Assembly (NCBI GenBank): GCA_030141605.1
Contig: JAQGDQ010000727.1
Span: 42,886-106,885 of the forward strand
Source of the DNA: Tubiluchus corallicola
Lineage: Eukaryota > Animalia > Priapulida
Reading direction: 5' to 3'
Length of the DNA stretch: 64,000 nucleotides
Every line of letters begins with the position of its first letter. Position 1 is the stretch's first letter. Positions 46,201 through 55,547 of the stretch are shown here, piece after piece. Under the pieces are notes generated by a model that worked only from the letters and a program-made list of their open reading frames with translations, ran no database searches and was not told where the DNA came from. Made by a program: the position numbers and the translations under genes.

Positions 46201-46332
46201 TTCACAATTACCAATTACAGTGGTTTTGACCCTGAAATAGGCACTAATGAATCAACCTTAGATTTAGGTATAGATAGGGGATTTTATCCTCAACCAAGGA
46301 TGTTTTTAACAGGAATGAATCTTACTTTTTAA
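43267..46332 (+). CDS. susC: SusC/RagA TonB-dependent transporter
   Basis: GTVTDIDG, EVVAIGYG, LKDAASSAIYGARGANGVVIITTK, NPDLKWETSEQ, EDGSYLRLKN and YPQPR. Confidence 0.98.
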   Translation: MSKMIKKVIFSLLLFVAFCSFLKAQDFIITGQIFDQDNEPLPGATVLIKGSTTGTVTDIDGRYTIKASDDNQILVFSFVGMVTQEIPIRERTEINVVLESSAIGLDEVVAIGYGVQEKSLVTGSISKINAEEITSTPALRVEQSLQGRTSGVQVVQNSGSPGAGLTVRIRGAGTTGNSDPLWVVDGMPTGGIDFLNPGDIESMEILKDAASSAIYGARGANGVVIITTKQGRQMERAEISFDSYYGVQSASNKLDLLNAEQYATIVNEAHINGGESPIFNVQDIVNEVGAGTNWQDEVFISSPIQSHQLTIRGGDAKKVYSLSASYFKQDGIIGGDGKSDYERGTARFNSKREILNWFSLTSNISFSHSIKNTLDENSEFHSILSSAINMDPITPVRDENGDYGKSNYVGSEIANPVARIDYSNNTSILDKLLGGVVGDFRIAEGLNFTTSFNIDLAYQITDIFTPVYNLSPAYRNDVSNVSKEFNKWETWLWENVLTYDTQIDEHDFFILGGTTAQASQWENLYGFREGVPNDDIRFAFLSSTTIANSDRVSGSASHNSLASYFTRLNYSFSKKYLFSSTVRVDGSSRFGENNKYAIFPSFSAGWVLSKENFMENVDFLSWLKLRLSWGQNGNQEIGDNMHIALIEGGNNYVWGSGNNENIYNGSSPVALSNPDLKWETSEQFDIGIDVRFLNNKVEINADYYKKKTKDLLVQIPTPDYLGIGWATGNAGDVENKGFEFDFTYRDKAGKLSYSIGGNISTYRNKVTYLGTDNGILDGATWGPGGTHLISRAEVGYPIGYFYGYVTDGIFQNQAEINAHANENGELLQPNAQPGDIRFQDINNDGVIDDNDRTMIGNPHPDFLYGINISLDYENFDLSIFIQGSQGNDIYNATERVDLTNVNKTTNSLNRWTGEGTSNSEPRVTTKDNNNNARVSDRFVEDGSYLRLKNIQLGYSLPKSITERINVKKLRIYISAQNLFTITNYSGFDPEIGTNESTLDLGIDRGFYPQPRMFLTGMNLTF

Positions 46333-46352
46333 CAACATAAATACAACTAAAA

Positions 46353-47825
46353 ATGAAAACTAATATAAAAATAATATGTATAAGTTTTTTACTGATGGGT
46401 GTAATATCTTGTACTAAAAGTTTCTTAGAAAAAGAACCATTAGGGATAATTGATGAAGAAACGTTTTACAAAACAGAAAAAGATGCTATGGAGGCTTTAG
46501 CGGCTGCTTACAATCCTCTCTATGACGATTGGACAGAATTGATAAATCAAGAAGTAATGTCTGATAATTCTGTAACAGGTGCAGCGAATGCCTCTGACGG
46601 ATGGGATATAAGAGAATTAGAGCAATTTAGAGCTACGTCAACCAATCCTAAGGTTAAAGATATTTGGTCTAAAAATTTTACAGGTATTAACAGGGCTAAT
46701 ATTGTAATAGAAAAAGTGCCAGATATAGCATTTAAAGATGAAGATGAAAAGAATAACATTATAGCAGAAGCAAAGTTTTTGCGAGCATTTTATTATTTCA
46801 ATTTGGTTCTTTATTTTGGAGATGTACCTAAAATAACAAAAGTTTTAGAAATGGATGAAATAATACAAGCACGTGTAGATAAGAATATTATATATAAAGA
46901 TGTGATTATAAATGACTTAGAGGCTGCCATACCTGATTTAAAAATTACTCACGATGCAAGATACGAAGGAAGAATAACACAAGGAGCTGCTCAGGCTTTA
47001 TTAGGCAAAGTGTATTTATTCAACGAAAATTTTGCAGAGGCAGCTAAGTATTTAAAAGATGCCATAAATTCTTCTGCCGGCTTTGAACTTGAAGACAATT
47101 TTGAGGATATTTTCTCCTCTGATAATCAAAACAATAAAGAAACCTTATTTGCAATACAGCATACTGCGAAAGAGGCTGATACTGATTGGGGAAATGGTTC
47201 TAGAGGAAATATGTATTCTGTCTTTGCGGGAATAAGAGACCACAAAAGCGATATATATGCCGATGGTTGGGGATTTAATCTACCCACTCAAGACTTAGTA
47301 GATGCTTTTGGAACGGGAGATGATGTTAGGTTAGCTGCCTCTATTATTTCTACGGATACAATAAATGATGATGATTATACAAAAAGCTATCAGCATACAG
47401 GATACTATACGCAAAAATATGCTCCTTTACTCAAAGACGAAGCAATAAATGGTGGAAATCCATTTTTAAATTATCCAACCAATAAAATTTTAATACGTTT
47501 GGCAGATGTCTATTTAATGTATGCCGAAGCTGTTGTAAATGGTAGTGGTGGAGGTGATGCACAACAGTATTTCGATGCTGTATACAAAAGAGCAAGAGGA
47601 GAAGCTGCTACTCCACCAGTGGTCTCGTTACCTGAAATAAAAAAAGAACGTAGATTAGAATTAGCACTTGAAGGTATTCGCTTTTTTGATTTAGTAAGAT
47701 GGGGCGATGCTCCTACCGTTCTCCAATACAAAGGGTTTAATCCAGGGAAACACGAGCTTTTGCCTATTCCACAAAATGAGATAGACAGAACTAATGGTGT
47801 GATTACTCAAAATCCCGGCTATTAG
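46353..47825 (+). CDS. susD: SusD/RagB glycan-binding lipoprotein
   Basis: Lipobox VISC, AEAKFLRAFYYFNLV.YFGDVP, IRLADVYLMYAEA, ERRLELALEG.RFFDL.RW and QNPGY. Confidence 0.97.
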   Translation: MKTNIKIICISFLLMGVISCTKSFLEKEPLGIIDEETFYKTEKDAMEALAAAYNPLYDDWTELINQEVMSDNSVTGAANASDGWDIRELEQFRATSTNPKVKDIWSKNFTGINRANIVIEKVPDIAFKDEDEKNNIIAEAKFLRAFYYFNLVLYFGDVPKITKVLEMDEIIQARVDKNIIYKDVIINDLEAAIPDLKITHDARYEGRITQGAAQALLGKVYLFNENFAEAAKYLKDAINSSAGFELEDNFEDIFSSDNQNNKETLFAIQHTAKEADTDWGNGSRGNMYSVFAGIRDHKSDIYADGWGFNLPTQDLVDAFGTGDDVRLAASIISTDTINDDDYTKSYQHTGYYTQKYAPLLKDEAINGGNPFLNYPTNKILIRLADVYLMYAEAVVNGSGGGDAQQYFDAVYKRARGEAATPPVVSLPEIKKERRLELALEGIRFFDLVRWGDAPTVLQYKGFNPGKHELLPIPQNEIDRTNGVITQNPGY

Positions 47826-47834
47826 TTGAAAAAA

Positions 47835-49061
47835 ATGAAAAATATTATTTTATCAATTGTATTAGTGGCAGGTAGTTTTCTTTTTTATTCGTGCAGCAAT
47901 GAAAGAGAACCCGTGAAATATTGGACGGTAAAAGGCACAGAATTTATCAATCCCGAAGGACAAGCAATACAACTAAAAGGCATAGGTATTGGCAATTGGC
48001 TTTTGCCCGAAGGATATATGTTCCATTTCAAAAGGGCTTCTTCGCCTCGTTTGATTAACGAAGCATTTACAGAGTTGATAGGAGAAGAGCAAGCAACAAA
48101 GTTTTGGGATGCTTTTTTAGAAAACTATATCACCTTAAAAGATATAGAGTATATGAAAAAAATAGGGATGAATCATATACGTCTCTCTTTTGATTACAGG
48201 CTATTGACTCACGATGATTTTCTTGGTAGAGATTTTCACGGTTACGAGTACTTAGACAGAGCTATACAATGGGCAAAGCAAGTGGGACTGGGTGTGGTAC
48301 TTGATATGCACGCTGCTCCAGGCGGACAAACTGGAGATAACATAGATAATAGTTATGGTTATCCTTGGCTTTTCGAAAGTAAACAAGCTCAACGACAAAC
48401 AATAGATTTGTGGGTGGAAATTGCCAAACGTTACAAAAACGAACCTACTATCATTGCTTATGAATTGCTCAACGAACCTATTGCACACTTTTTTGATAAC
48501 AAAGAAGAATTGAATAAAAAACTAGAGCCTTTGTATAAAGATATTACAGCAGAAATACGAAAAATAGATGCTAACCATATTATCATATTAGGAGGAGCAC
48601 AGTGGAACACGAATTTTAAGGTTTTTGGAAAACCTTTTGACGATAAACTAGCTTATGCTTTTCACAGATATTGGATGCCGCCTGTGAAAGAAGAAATACA
48701 AGAATATATCGACTTTTCAGACAAGTATCAAGTGCCTATCTATATGAGCGAAACAGGAGAAAACACAGATTCTTGGTGCGATAGTATGAGAACTACATTA
48801 GATAAAGAGCAAATATCGTGGGCTTTTTGGCCTTACAAAAAACTAGACAACCCAAGAGGCATAATTAGTTTTTCTCGTCCTGCGAAATGGGATGCTATCA
48901 TTAAGTATGTAGAAACAGATGGACAATCGTTTCAACGAAGACCTGATAAAGTAAATAGTAAAGTAGCAAAAAAAATATTAGATGAATTTATAGAAAACAG
49001 CAAGTTTGAAAATTGTGTTCCCCAAAAGGGCTATATCAAAGCATTGGGTTTTAAAGAGTAA
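47835..49061 (+). CDS. glycoside hydrolase family 5 lipoprotein (beta-glucanase-like)
   Basis: Lipobox YSC, GNWLLPEGYM, LDMHAAPGGQ, acid/base YELLNEP and nucleophile MSETGEN. Confidence 0.92.
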   Translation: MKNIILSIVLVAGSFLFYSCSNEREPVKYWTVKGTEFINPEGQAIQLKGIGIGNWLLPEGYMFHFKRASSPRLINEAFTELIGEEQATKFWDAFLENYITLKDIEYMKKIGMNHIRLSFDYRLLTHDDFLGRDFHGYEYLDRAIQWAKQVGLGVVLDMHAAPGGQTGDNIDNSYGYPWLFESKQAQRQTIDLWVEIAKRYKNEPTIIAYELLNEPIAHFFDNKEELNKKLEPLYKDITAEIRKIDANHIIILGGAQWNTNFKVFGKPFDDKLAYAFHRYWMPPVKEEIQEYIDFSDKYQVPIYMSETGENTDSWCDSMRTTLDKEQISWAFWPYKKLDNPRGIISFSRPAKWDAIIKYVETDGQSFQRRPDKVNSKVAKKILDEFIENSKFENCVPQKGYIKALGFKE

Positions 49062-49106
49062 AAAGGGAATTACAATTAAGTTTGAATATAGTTTAAAGCA
49101 TAAAGA

Positions 49107-50402
49107 ATGTATAAAACAAAAGGGGGTTGCTATAAAAATTCATTAAAAAGAATAATTTGGTTTCTATTTCTTTTCAATCTCTATTTGATAAACTATGGCC
49201 AGCAGTTTTATACAATATCCGAAACTGAGCTTCGAGATAAAATAGCAGGATACTGGATAGGGCAATTAGTAGGCAATTATATGGGCTTTCCATTCGAATT
49301 TGTTTATAGCGATGAGCCTATCCCATTATTTATTGATAGATACTACAATGTAACTGATACTCCCTCCATAGAGATAAACCGTAACGACAGAAGAGGCTAT
49401 ATAAATATAATGGCCGATGCACTAGGAGGAGCATGGAGCGATGATGATACCGATATTGAATTTGTTACCCTTCACGCCGTAGAAAAATATGGCTTGGATA
49501 TAACTTACCCTGAGATTACAGAATTTTGGAAAAAACATATCAACAGATTTATTTGGGTGAGCAATAGAAAGGCGAGAGACCTTATGGACAAAGGACTACT
49601 TCCACCTGAAACAGGGAAGAAAGAAAACAATCCATATTGGTTTGCCATCGACCCTCAACTTGTTAACGAAATATGGAGTGTATTTTACCCGGGGATGGTA
49701 GAAAAAGCTGTTTATAAAGCTGAATGGGGTGCTAAAATAACAAGTGAAGATTGGGGAACACATCCTACTATTTTTTATGCTGCTTTATACAGTGCTGCAT
49801 TCTTTGAAACAGATATTAATAAACTATACAATATTGGGATGTCCTATATTCCAATATCTAGCCCATTTAAAAAAGGATTAGAAGATGTAAGAAAATGGCA
49901 TACAGAATATGACGATTGGAGAATTACGCGAGGGTTAATACAAAAACACTATTTAAACTATCCTAAAACTACTCCTGACAATAATGAATGGTTTCTTCAA
50001 GTATCTTCTATTATAAATGGACTACTTGGAGCTATGGCAATTTTATATGGAGAAGGCGATTTTATAAAAACAACAGGAATAGCAGTATCTGCTGGTTATG
50101 ATTGCGACAATCAAGCCGCAACTTGTGGTGGTTTAATTGGTGTTTTAAATGGCTCTAAATCTATTCCTAAACACTTAACCCACGAAGTAGGCCTAAATGA
50201 GAAATGGACGGAACCTTTCAATAATCAATACATTAACTATTCTCGCGATGGACTACCCAATGTAACATTAATTACAGACATAATCGACAGAATTTTGAGA
50301 ATAACAGAAAATGCTATAACTCAAAATGGAGGGCAAAAAATAGAAGATAATAGAGAAATTCTATTTAAAGTTAAAGTTTCAAAAGACTTGTATATAAATT
50401 AA
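49107..50402 (+). CDS. secreted ADP-ribosylglycohydrolase-family protein
   Basis: DKIAGYWIGQLVG, WSDDDTD, IDPQL and GYDCDNQAATCGG metal-binding motifs; hydrophobic N-terminal signal. Confidence 0.85.
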   Translation: MYKTKGGCYKNSLKRIIWFLFLFNLYLINYGQQFYTISETELRDKIAGYWIGQLVGNYMGFPFEFVYSDEPIPLFIDRYYNVTDTPSIEINRNDRRGYINIMADALGGAWSDDDTDIEFVTLHAVEKYGLDITYPEITEFWKKHINRFIWVSNRKARDLMDKGLLPPETGKKENNPYWFAIDPQLVNEIWSVFYPGMVEKAVYKAEWGAKITSEDWGTHPTIFYAALYSAAFFETDINKLYNIGMSYIPISSPFKKGLEDVRKWHTEYDDWRITRGLIQKHYLNYPKTTPDNNEWFLQVSSIINGLLGAMAILYGEGDFIKTTGIAVSAGYDCDNQAATCGGLIGVLNGSKSIPKHLTHEVGLNEKWTEPFNNQYINYSRDGLPNVTLITDIIDRILRITENAITQNGGQKIEDNREILFKVKVSKDLYIN

Positions 50403-50455
50403 ATAAACTACCCTTAAAAATATATATTAATCTTATTTAAATAAAAAATAAAAAT

Positions 50456-52720
50456 ATGAAAACCACTTTATTAACAGTAAAAATAGCACTAAGTATATTG
50501 TTTTTGCATTCGTGCAACAATAGTGTTACAAAAAATCAAACCGAAAAAGACAAAGCAATAAACAAAAAAGTTGAGCAAGTGCTATCTCAGATGACCCTGC
50601 AAGAAAAATTAGGGCAAATGCAACAAATAGATGCAGGAATAGACAAAAAAATAATTATCAAAAGAATAAAAAATGGAGAGTTGGGCTCAATCCTAAATGT
50701 AAGTGATGTAGATGCTGCTAACGAATTCCAACGAGTGGCTACTGAAGAAAGCCGAATGAAAATACCTCTTATTATTGGTAGAGATGTCATTCACGGCTAT
50801 AAAACAGTATTTCCAATACCCTTAGGGCAAGCATCTTCTTGGAATCCTAACTTAATAGAACAAGCCGCAGCTATTGCCGCAGAAGAAGCAGCCTCTGCAG
50901 GAATTAACTGGACATTTGCTCCTATGATGGATGTTACAAGAGATCCGCGCTGGGGACGTGTAGCCGAAACCTTAGGAGAAGATACCTATCTTACAAGTAT
51001 ACTGTCTGCTGCTATGGTAAAAGGATTTCAAGGCGACCTATCGGCACACAATACCATAGCAGCCTGTGCTAAACATTATGTAGGCTATGGAGCCTCTGAA
51101 AGTGGCAAAGATTATAATACCACCAACATACCAGAGAATGAATTGAGAAATATACACCTACCTCCATTTAAAAATGCTGTGGATGCGGGTGTGGCTACTA
51201 TAATGTCGGCTTTTAACGATATAGACGGCATACCTGCTTCAGGAAATGTACATACTCTAAAAACTATATTGAAAGACGAATGGGGCTTTAAAGGCTTCGT
51301 AGTAAGCGACTGGGAGTCTATGAACCAAATGATAGTACACGGCTTTTGCAAAGACAACAAAGAAGTGGCTTACCGCTCGGCACTTGCCCAAACAGATATG
51401 GAAATGACAGGTACCACCTACAACGACCATTTGGAAGAACTGATAAAAGAAGGTAAAATATCAGAAAAATTTGTTGACGATGCTGTAAGGCGTATACTAA
51501 AAGTTAAGTTTCAATTGGGATTGTTTGACGATGCACAAACTGATGTGAAAAAATACCCGCAATTGGTGAACGATGATTACAAAAAAATAGCTAAGGAAAT
51601 AGCAACACAATCTATTGTGCTACTCAAAAACAAAAACGATATTTTACCATTATCAGCCCCACTGAACAAGGTAGCAATAATAGGGCCTATGGCAGACGAA
51701 CCCTACGAACAAATGGGAACTTGGACATTCGATGGAGATGAAAAGCACACTATCACTCCACTGGTTGCTATCAAAGATATGTTAGGAAAAAACAAAGTTC
51801 TTTATTCAAAAGGCTTGGAAACAACACGCTCTACAAAAAAAGGAAGGTTTGCAGAAGCTAAAAAAACGGCCCAACAAGCAGATGTAGTGTTGCTATTTGC
51901 AGGCGAAGAAGCTTTTTTGTCAGGAGAATCCAACAGCAGAGCAAATATCAATTTGCCGGGAGCACAAGAAGACCTCGTGAAGGAAATAGCCTCTACTAAT
52001 AAGCCTATTATACTAATAGTTATGGCAGGACGTCCTATTGTGCTAACACAAATATTAGATAAGGTAGATGCAGTATTTTTTGCTTGGCATCCGGGAACAA
52101 TGGGAGGAGAAGCATTGGCAGACCTTATATTTGGCAATAAAGTTCCGTCTGCTAAGTTGCCTATTAGTATCCCTCGTTCCGTAGGACAAATACCCGTATA
52201 TTACAGTTATAAAAATACAGGAAGGCCTACACTTGAACCAAGAGTAGAATTGGAAGACTATCCTGACAAAGTAAAACAGCTTTCTACGGGCTTTACCTCT
52301 CGGTATTTGGATGAAGAACTTACGCCCCTATTTCCCTTTGGCTATGGGTTGTCATACACCACATTCAATTATTCTGATATAAAACTATCATCTTCATCTA
52401 TAAAAAAAGGAGAAAACATTATCATTACAGCCAAACTTACCAACACGGGAAATAAAGATGCTGAAGAAATAGCACAACTTTACATAAGAGACCTTGTAGG
52501 CAATATTACCCGACCTGTAAAAGAGCTGAAAGGATTTCAAAGAGTATTCTTAAAAGCAGGAGAAACGAAAACAATTGAATTTACACTTACTAGCAAAGAC
52601 CTAATGTTTTATAGCTCGTTGAAAAAGAAATGGATATTAGAAGAAGGCGATTTTGAAGTTTGGATAGGTGAAAATTCTGCTACTAACTTAAAAACTAAGT
52701 TCGAATTATTGAACAATTAA
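50456..52720 (+). CDS. bglX: GH3 beta-glucosidase (BglX-like) lipoprotein
   Basis: DVIHG, RDPRWGR..E..GED, KHY, nucleophile VVSDW, FPFGYGLSYTTF and Fn3-like ELKGF. Confidence 0.95.
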   Translation: MKTTLLTVKIALSILFLHSCNNSVTKNQTEKDKAINKKVEQVLSQMTLQEKLGQMQQIDAGIDKKIIIKRIKNGELGSILNVSDVDAANEFQRVATEESRMKIPLIIGRDVIHGYKTVFPIPLGQASSWNPNLIEQAAAIAAEEAASAGINWTFAPMMDVTRDPRWGRVAETLGEDTYLTSILSAAMVKGFQGDLSAHNTIAACAKHYVGYGASESGKDYNTTNIPENELRNIHLPPFKNAVDAGVATIMSAFNDIDGIPASGNVHTLKTILKDEWGFKGFVVSDWESMNQMIVHGFCKDNKEVAYRSALAQTDMEMTGTTYNDHLEELIKEGKISEKFVDDAVRRILKVKFQLGLFDDAQTDVKKYPQLVNDDYKKIAKEIATQSIVLLKNKNDILPLSAPLNKVAIIGPMADEPYEQMGTWTFDGDEKHTITPLVAIKDMLGKNKVLYSKGLETTRSTKKGRFAEAKKTAQQADVVLLFAGEEAFLSGESNSRANINLPGAQEDLVKEIASTNKPIILIVMAGRPIVLTQILDKVDAVFFAWHPGTMGGEALADLIFGNKVPSAKLPISIPRSVGQIPVYYSYKNTGRPTLEPRVELEDYPDKVKQLSTGFTSRYLDEELTPLFPFGYGLSYTTFNYSDIKLSSSSIKKGENIIITAKLTNTGNKDAEEIAQLYIRDLVGNITRPVKELKGFQRVFLKAGETKTIEFTLTSKDLMFYSSLKKKWILEEGDFEVWIGENSATNLKTKFELLNN

Positions 52721-52736
52721 AAACTGCTTCGAAGAA

Positions 52737-52778
52737 GAAAGGGCTTTATCCCTATTACAATAAGATAAAGCTCTTTCG
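52737..52778 (+). terminator. probable terminator of the PUL
   Basis: GAAAGGGCTTTATC...GATAAAGCTCTTTC inverted repeat just after the GH3 stop. Confidence 0.55.
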
Positions 52779-52867
52779 AAAATCAAAATAACAGGCTAAA
52801 CAAAATATTATTGTGATAGTATATTCAATTACCACATATTAATATTGCATAAATAAAAACAAAAAAC

Positions 52868-52875
52868 TACCTTTG
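52868..52875 (+). promoter_or_regulatory. -7 promoter element for tRNA-Leu
   Basis: TACCTTTG 18 nt upstream of the tRNA. Confidence 0.6.
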
Positions 52876-52893
52876 CATAATATATAATTATAT

Positions 52894-52978
52894 GCCCAGG
52901 TGGCGGAATTGGTAGACGCGCTGGTCTCAAACACCAGTGGAGCAATCCTTGTCGGTTCGATCCCGACCCTGGGTACCA
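52894..52978 (+). tRNA. tRNA-Leu(CAA)
   Basis: Acceptor GCCCAGG/CCTGGGT + A + CCA; D arm TGGCGGAATTGGTAGACGC; anticodon arm CTGGT-CTCAAAC-ACCAG; long variable arm; GTCGGTTCGATCCCGAC. Confidence 0.97.
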
Positions 52979-53085
52979 CAAAAAAACTAAATCACCTTTC
53001 TTCCTACTTATTTAACTTCACATACTTTAAGATTAAAACCTGCTTTCATTAAATATGGCAAGTGAAAAAGTTGTATATAATCACC

Positions 53086-53250
53086 AGCCTGTAAATGCTT
53101 TTGATGAAAAACTAGGCTATCGGCTTCGCTATCTTCTCAAAACTCGCCTTTTTACAAAAGGCTCAAACAGTGAGAAGATTTTTCGCTCTGACTTTCGCTG
53201 TTTTTCTATCAAAAGCCTTTAAGGGCGATTGTATTCTGCTACGCAGAATT
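53086..53250. repeat. diverged copy of the structured palindromic repeat
   Basis: Same framework as the 175-bp repeat (GCCTG...CTTCGCT...AAACTCG...CTCAAACA...TTTCGCTG...AGGGC..TGTATTCTGCTACGCAGAATT) but with different self-complementary arms. Confidence 0.75.
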
Positions 53251-53326
53251 AATAGTTAATAGTTAATAATTGTTTATGCTCGTTTCTGCTGCGCAGAGTT
53301 ATTAATTAATAGTTAATTGTTCATTG

Positions 53327-55033
53327 CTACTTTTTCAACTGTTTCACTTCGTTAATAAGTTGCTCTATTTGTGTTTGTTGTTCTTGTGCTTGCATTTGTT
53401 GTTGTTCTATCTGTGTTTGTTGTGCTTGTATTTGTGTTTGCTGTGCTTGTGCCTGTGTTTGTTGTTGTTCTATGATGTCTAATAGAGATACGTTGTTATT
53501 GTTGTCTTTTTGCAGGTTCAATTGCTGTGTTTTTGCTTTGAGGTCTTTTGCTGCAAATGAGACGTTGTTGGCTTTTATTGTCCCGTTATCTTCAGCATTA
53601 CCTATGTATATGTGATAAACAACATTGAAACCTGCAGCAAGGTTTGCAGTTCCTCCTTCTTCGTTTATAGCTATAAAAGGGTTGTGGTTGCTATCTCCAT
53701 CATACCATGGTTTTTTCTCTTCGTCGGTAGAATATATATCATCTACTTTTATACAGTGTCTTGGAACTCCTGTAGCTGCAATTGCATTACTAGCACCAAT
53801 CTCCTTACCAGTGCTTGTTTTACCCTTTTGCCCTGAGCCGAAATTGAAAAACTTAAATAAATGTGTATGTTCTTTGTTGTTGCCTGTAGTGGTATTCCCG
53901 TTACTACCAGCAACGGGTGCGTATCCATTGGGTATAGACTGTATTCTCACTTTGTTTTGGTCTATTCGTGTAACGAGGGTATAGTTTGCATCGTCTGCCA
54001 ATGAATTGAGAGCCTCTTTTCTGGATAAGGAGAGAGTAGAAAGGTTTATGTTGTAAGTTGTATTGCGTATAGGTACTAATCCATCTTTTTGAGGGTCTTT
54101 TTCAGAGAGATAAATTTGTATTTGTCCTATGGGTGTAATATTTATATCTGTCCATTGGTAGGTGTCTTTGTCTTTGGCGGTGAGTACTTGTCCGGGGTTG
54201 CCTTTGCTGCCTTGGGCATCTACTATGCTTTCGGACTTCATACTGCCGTGTATTACGGTGTCTGTGCCTATTTCTACTTCTGTGGGTACGTTGTATTTGT
54301 AGACTACTTTTTGGGTGTCGTCTAATATACAGTGGTTGTTACCATCCCAATAGCCATCGCGTATATCGGTGGTCTCGCCGGCTGTGGTGAAGCTAAATCC
54401 TGTGTATGTTCCTGAGAAGTCGTATTGATGAACGGATTGGCTGTTTTCGCCTATTATCCAATGGCTTGTGCCGTCCCAATAGCCGCCTTGGGAGGAGCTG
54501 GTTTCATTGGAGGTGGCAAATGATGTGTTGGTGTAGTTGCCTGAGCTGTCGTATCTGTATACTTCGTTGGTGGCGCTTATTATCCAATGATGGCTGCCAT
54601 CGAAGTAGCCTCCTTGTGGAGAGGTGGTTTGGTTAATAACGCTAAACGATATGCCTGTATAGATACCTGATGAGTATTTGTATACTTTGTTGTTGCCGCT
54701 TACTATCCAATGATGACTACCATCGAAATAGCCGCCTTTGGGGGAGGTGGTTTCTGTGGATACGCTAAAGGAGGTGCCGGTATAGGTGTTGTCTGTGTTG
54801 TAACGGTATACTTTGTTGGTGGTGTCGTCTACTATCCATAGGCTTACGTCGTCGCAGTATATGGCTTGGGGGGAGGTGGCTTCGTTAGCAACACTGAATG
54901 ATGTTTCGGTGTAGGAGATTTCGCCTACTTTGAGTTTTAATACGTCGTTTTCGCCTATATGCACGTTGTTGGGTGCGGTAGGGGTGGTTGTGTTGAAGGC
55001 TCCGTTGCCTTCTTGGTAAGAATTTGTTGTCAT
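53327..55033 (-). CDS. beta-propeller repeat / tail-fibre-like protein A
   Basis: Five ~43-aa repeats (SFSVSTETTSPxGGYFDGSHHWI), then tail-collar-like TPIGQIQIY, an HTH (HxH) motif and a C-terminal Gln-rich coiled coil. No signal peptide. Confidence 0.75.
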   Translation of the reverse strand: MTTNSYQEGNGAFNTTTPTAPNNVHIGENDVLKLKVGEISYTETSFSVANEATSPQAIYCDDVSLWIVDDTTNKVYRYNTDNTYTGTSFSVSTETTSPKGGYFDGSHHWIVSGNNKVYKYSSGIYTGISFSVINQTTSPQGGYFDGSHHWIISATNEVYRYDSSGNYTNTSFATSNETSSSQGGYWDGTSHWIIGENSQSVHQYDFSGTYTGFSFTTAGETTDIRDGYWDGNNHCILDDTQKVVYKYNVPTEVEIGTDTVIHGSMKSESIVDAQGSKGNPGQVLTAKDKDTYQWTDINITPIGQIQIYLSEKDPQKDGLVPIRNTTYNINLSTLSLSRKEALNSLADDANYTLVTRIDQNKVRIQSIPNGYAPVAGSNGNTTTGNNKEHTHLFKFFNFGSGQKGKTSTGKEIGASNAIAATGVPRHCIKVDDIYSTDEEKKPWYDGDSNHNPFIAINEEGGTANLAAGFNVVYHIYIGNAEDNGTIKANNVSFAAKDLKAKTQQLNLQKDNNNNVSLLDIIEQQQTQAQAQQTQIQAQQTQIEQQQMQAQEQQTQIEQLINEVKQLKK

Positions 55034-55137
55034 AGTTTTTTTGTTTTTAATAGTTATTAATGTTGTTTTACTTGTTTAAATGCTTTTTCTTTATGCTCTT
55101 TGGCTTGACCCAAAGAACCAAAGGTCAAGCCTGTAAA
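54147..55137. repeat. ~990-bp direct repeat, copy 1 (N-terminal half and upstream region of protein A)
   Basis: Aligns with 56893-57883 at offset 2746 in the coding part; highly similar with scattered substitutions. Confidence 0.92.
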
Positions 55138-55198
55138 TGCTTTTTTCTTTACGCTCTTTTGTCTTTCTTATGCTCTTTTGTCTTGATACAAAAGAGCC

Positions 55199-55373
55199 AA
55201 AAAATCAAGCCTGATTTTAAATTTCTGAACTTCTACTCTTCGCTACTCTAAAATGGACTAAACTCGTTCGCTCAATAATTCGCTCTCTCAAACAGAGCCC
55301 ATTTTTACGTTTCGCTGCGTTTGAAGTTTTACGAAATTTAAAATAGGGCGGTTGTATTCTGCTGCGCAGAATT
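55199..55373. repeat. 175-bp palindromic repeat, copy 1
   Basis: AAAAAATCAAGCCTGATTTTAAATTTC...GAAATTTAAAATAGGGCGGTTGTATTCTGCTGCGCAGAATT; near-identical to 60060-60234 and 61718-61892. Confidence 0.95.
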
Positions 55374-55497
55374 AGTAGTTAATAGTTAATAGTTAATAGT
55401 TAATAGTTAATAGTTAATAGTTAATAGTTAATAGTTAATAGTTAATAGTTAATAGTTAATAGTTAATAGTTAATAGTTAATAGTTAATAGTTAATAA
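55372..55497. repeat. heptamer VNTR (TTAATAG)16 plus two degenerate units
   Basis: Perfect units span 55379-55490. Confidence 0.97.
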
Positions 55498-55547
55498 TTG
55501 TTTATGCTACGCAGAATTATTAATTGTTAATTATTAATTGCTCATTG

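Noticed and set aside
55199-55373. Classical integron attC site
   Set aside because: No clear RYYYAAC/GTTRRRY core pair at the palindrome ends, longer than typical attC, and no IntI in the window. Kept only as an architectural analogy.
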